Source: an uncultured Chloroflexia bacterium | GTDB lineage: Bacteria > Chloroflexota > Limnocylindria > Limnocylindrales > CSP1-4 | DNA length: 64,000 nt | Reading direction: 5' to 3' | NCBI GenBank assembly: GCA_963768655.1 | Contig: CAVYIM010000003.1 | Coordinates: forward strand, 512,001 to 576,000 | Shown: positions 63,835 to 64,000 of the stretch, in pieces | Numbering within the stretch: position 1 is the first letter of the stretch | Layout: every line of letters starts with the position of its first letter | Made by a program: the position numbers and the translations under genes | Notes under the pieces: model-generated | The model's input: the letters and a program-made list of their open reading frames with translations, nothing else | Databases searched by the model: none | What the model was told of the DNA's origin: nothing

Positions 63835-63956
63835 AGCGCCCAGTGTAGCGCAGGTATATTCCGGTCGGAATATACCTGGACCCGTCGCGCTCAATACCGC
63901 ACGGCCCCCGTAGTGCGGCCGAGTGCCGACAGCCGAGGTTCGCATGCCGGAGGATT

Positions 63957-64000
63957 TGGTGGAGCTACAGGGATTCGAACCCTGGACCTCCTGCATGCCA
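63957..64000 (-). tRNA. tRNA-Ala (GGC), 3' half; cut by the window edge
   Basis: Minus strand TGGCATGCAGGAGGTCCAGGGTTCGAATCCCTGTAGCTCCACCA. Could instead be an att repeat. Confidence 0.85.

Overview
High-GC bacterial chromosome segment. Gene content and order (leuS-comEA-comEC-HD-holA, many Ser/Pro/Thr-linker secreted proteins) suggest Chloroflexota, possibly Limnocylindria; this is an inference. Bases 1-14594 are the right part of a composite genomic island that ends at a 3'-half tRNA-Lys repeat. The island holds three things: (i) a pSAM2/AICE-like pra-repSA module; (ii) paired metalloprotease-fragment / TIMP-like-protein cassettes; (iii) a compact element with two Zn-ribbon genes, a very Cys-rich HUH rolling-circle Rep, a beta-class DNA methyltransferase and a large serine recombinase. 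The 3' end of the recombinase gene contains a tRNA-Pro-like att core, duplicated 175 bp further on, and each copy is followed by its own in-frame C-terminal tail. An ECF sigma/anti-sigma pair and a C39-like peptidase follow as probable cargo. The rest is mostly ordinary: a complete L-rhamnose cluster, an S41 protease, tRNA-fMet, secreted proteins, a second ECF pair, proC/proline dehydrogenase, holA-comEC-comEA-leuS, and a MarR-ClC-ABC operon next to a partial tRNA-Ala. There are also several intergenic tandem arrays (none is CRISPR), a candidate anti-Shine-Dalgarno sRNA, and five single-base frameshifts, four of which fall on CCWGG or GANTC motifs.
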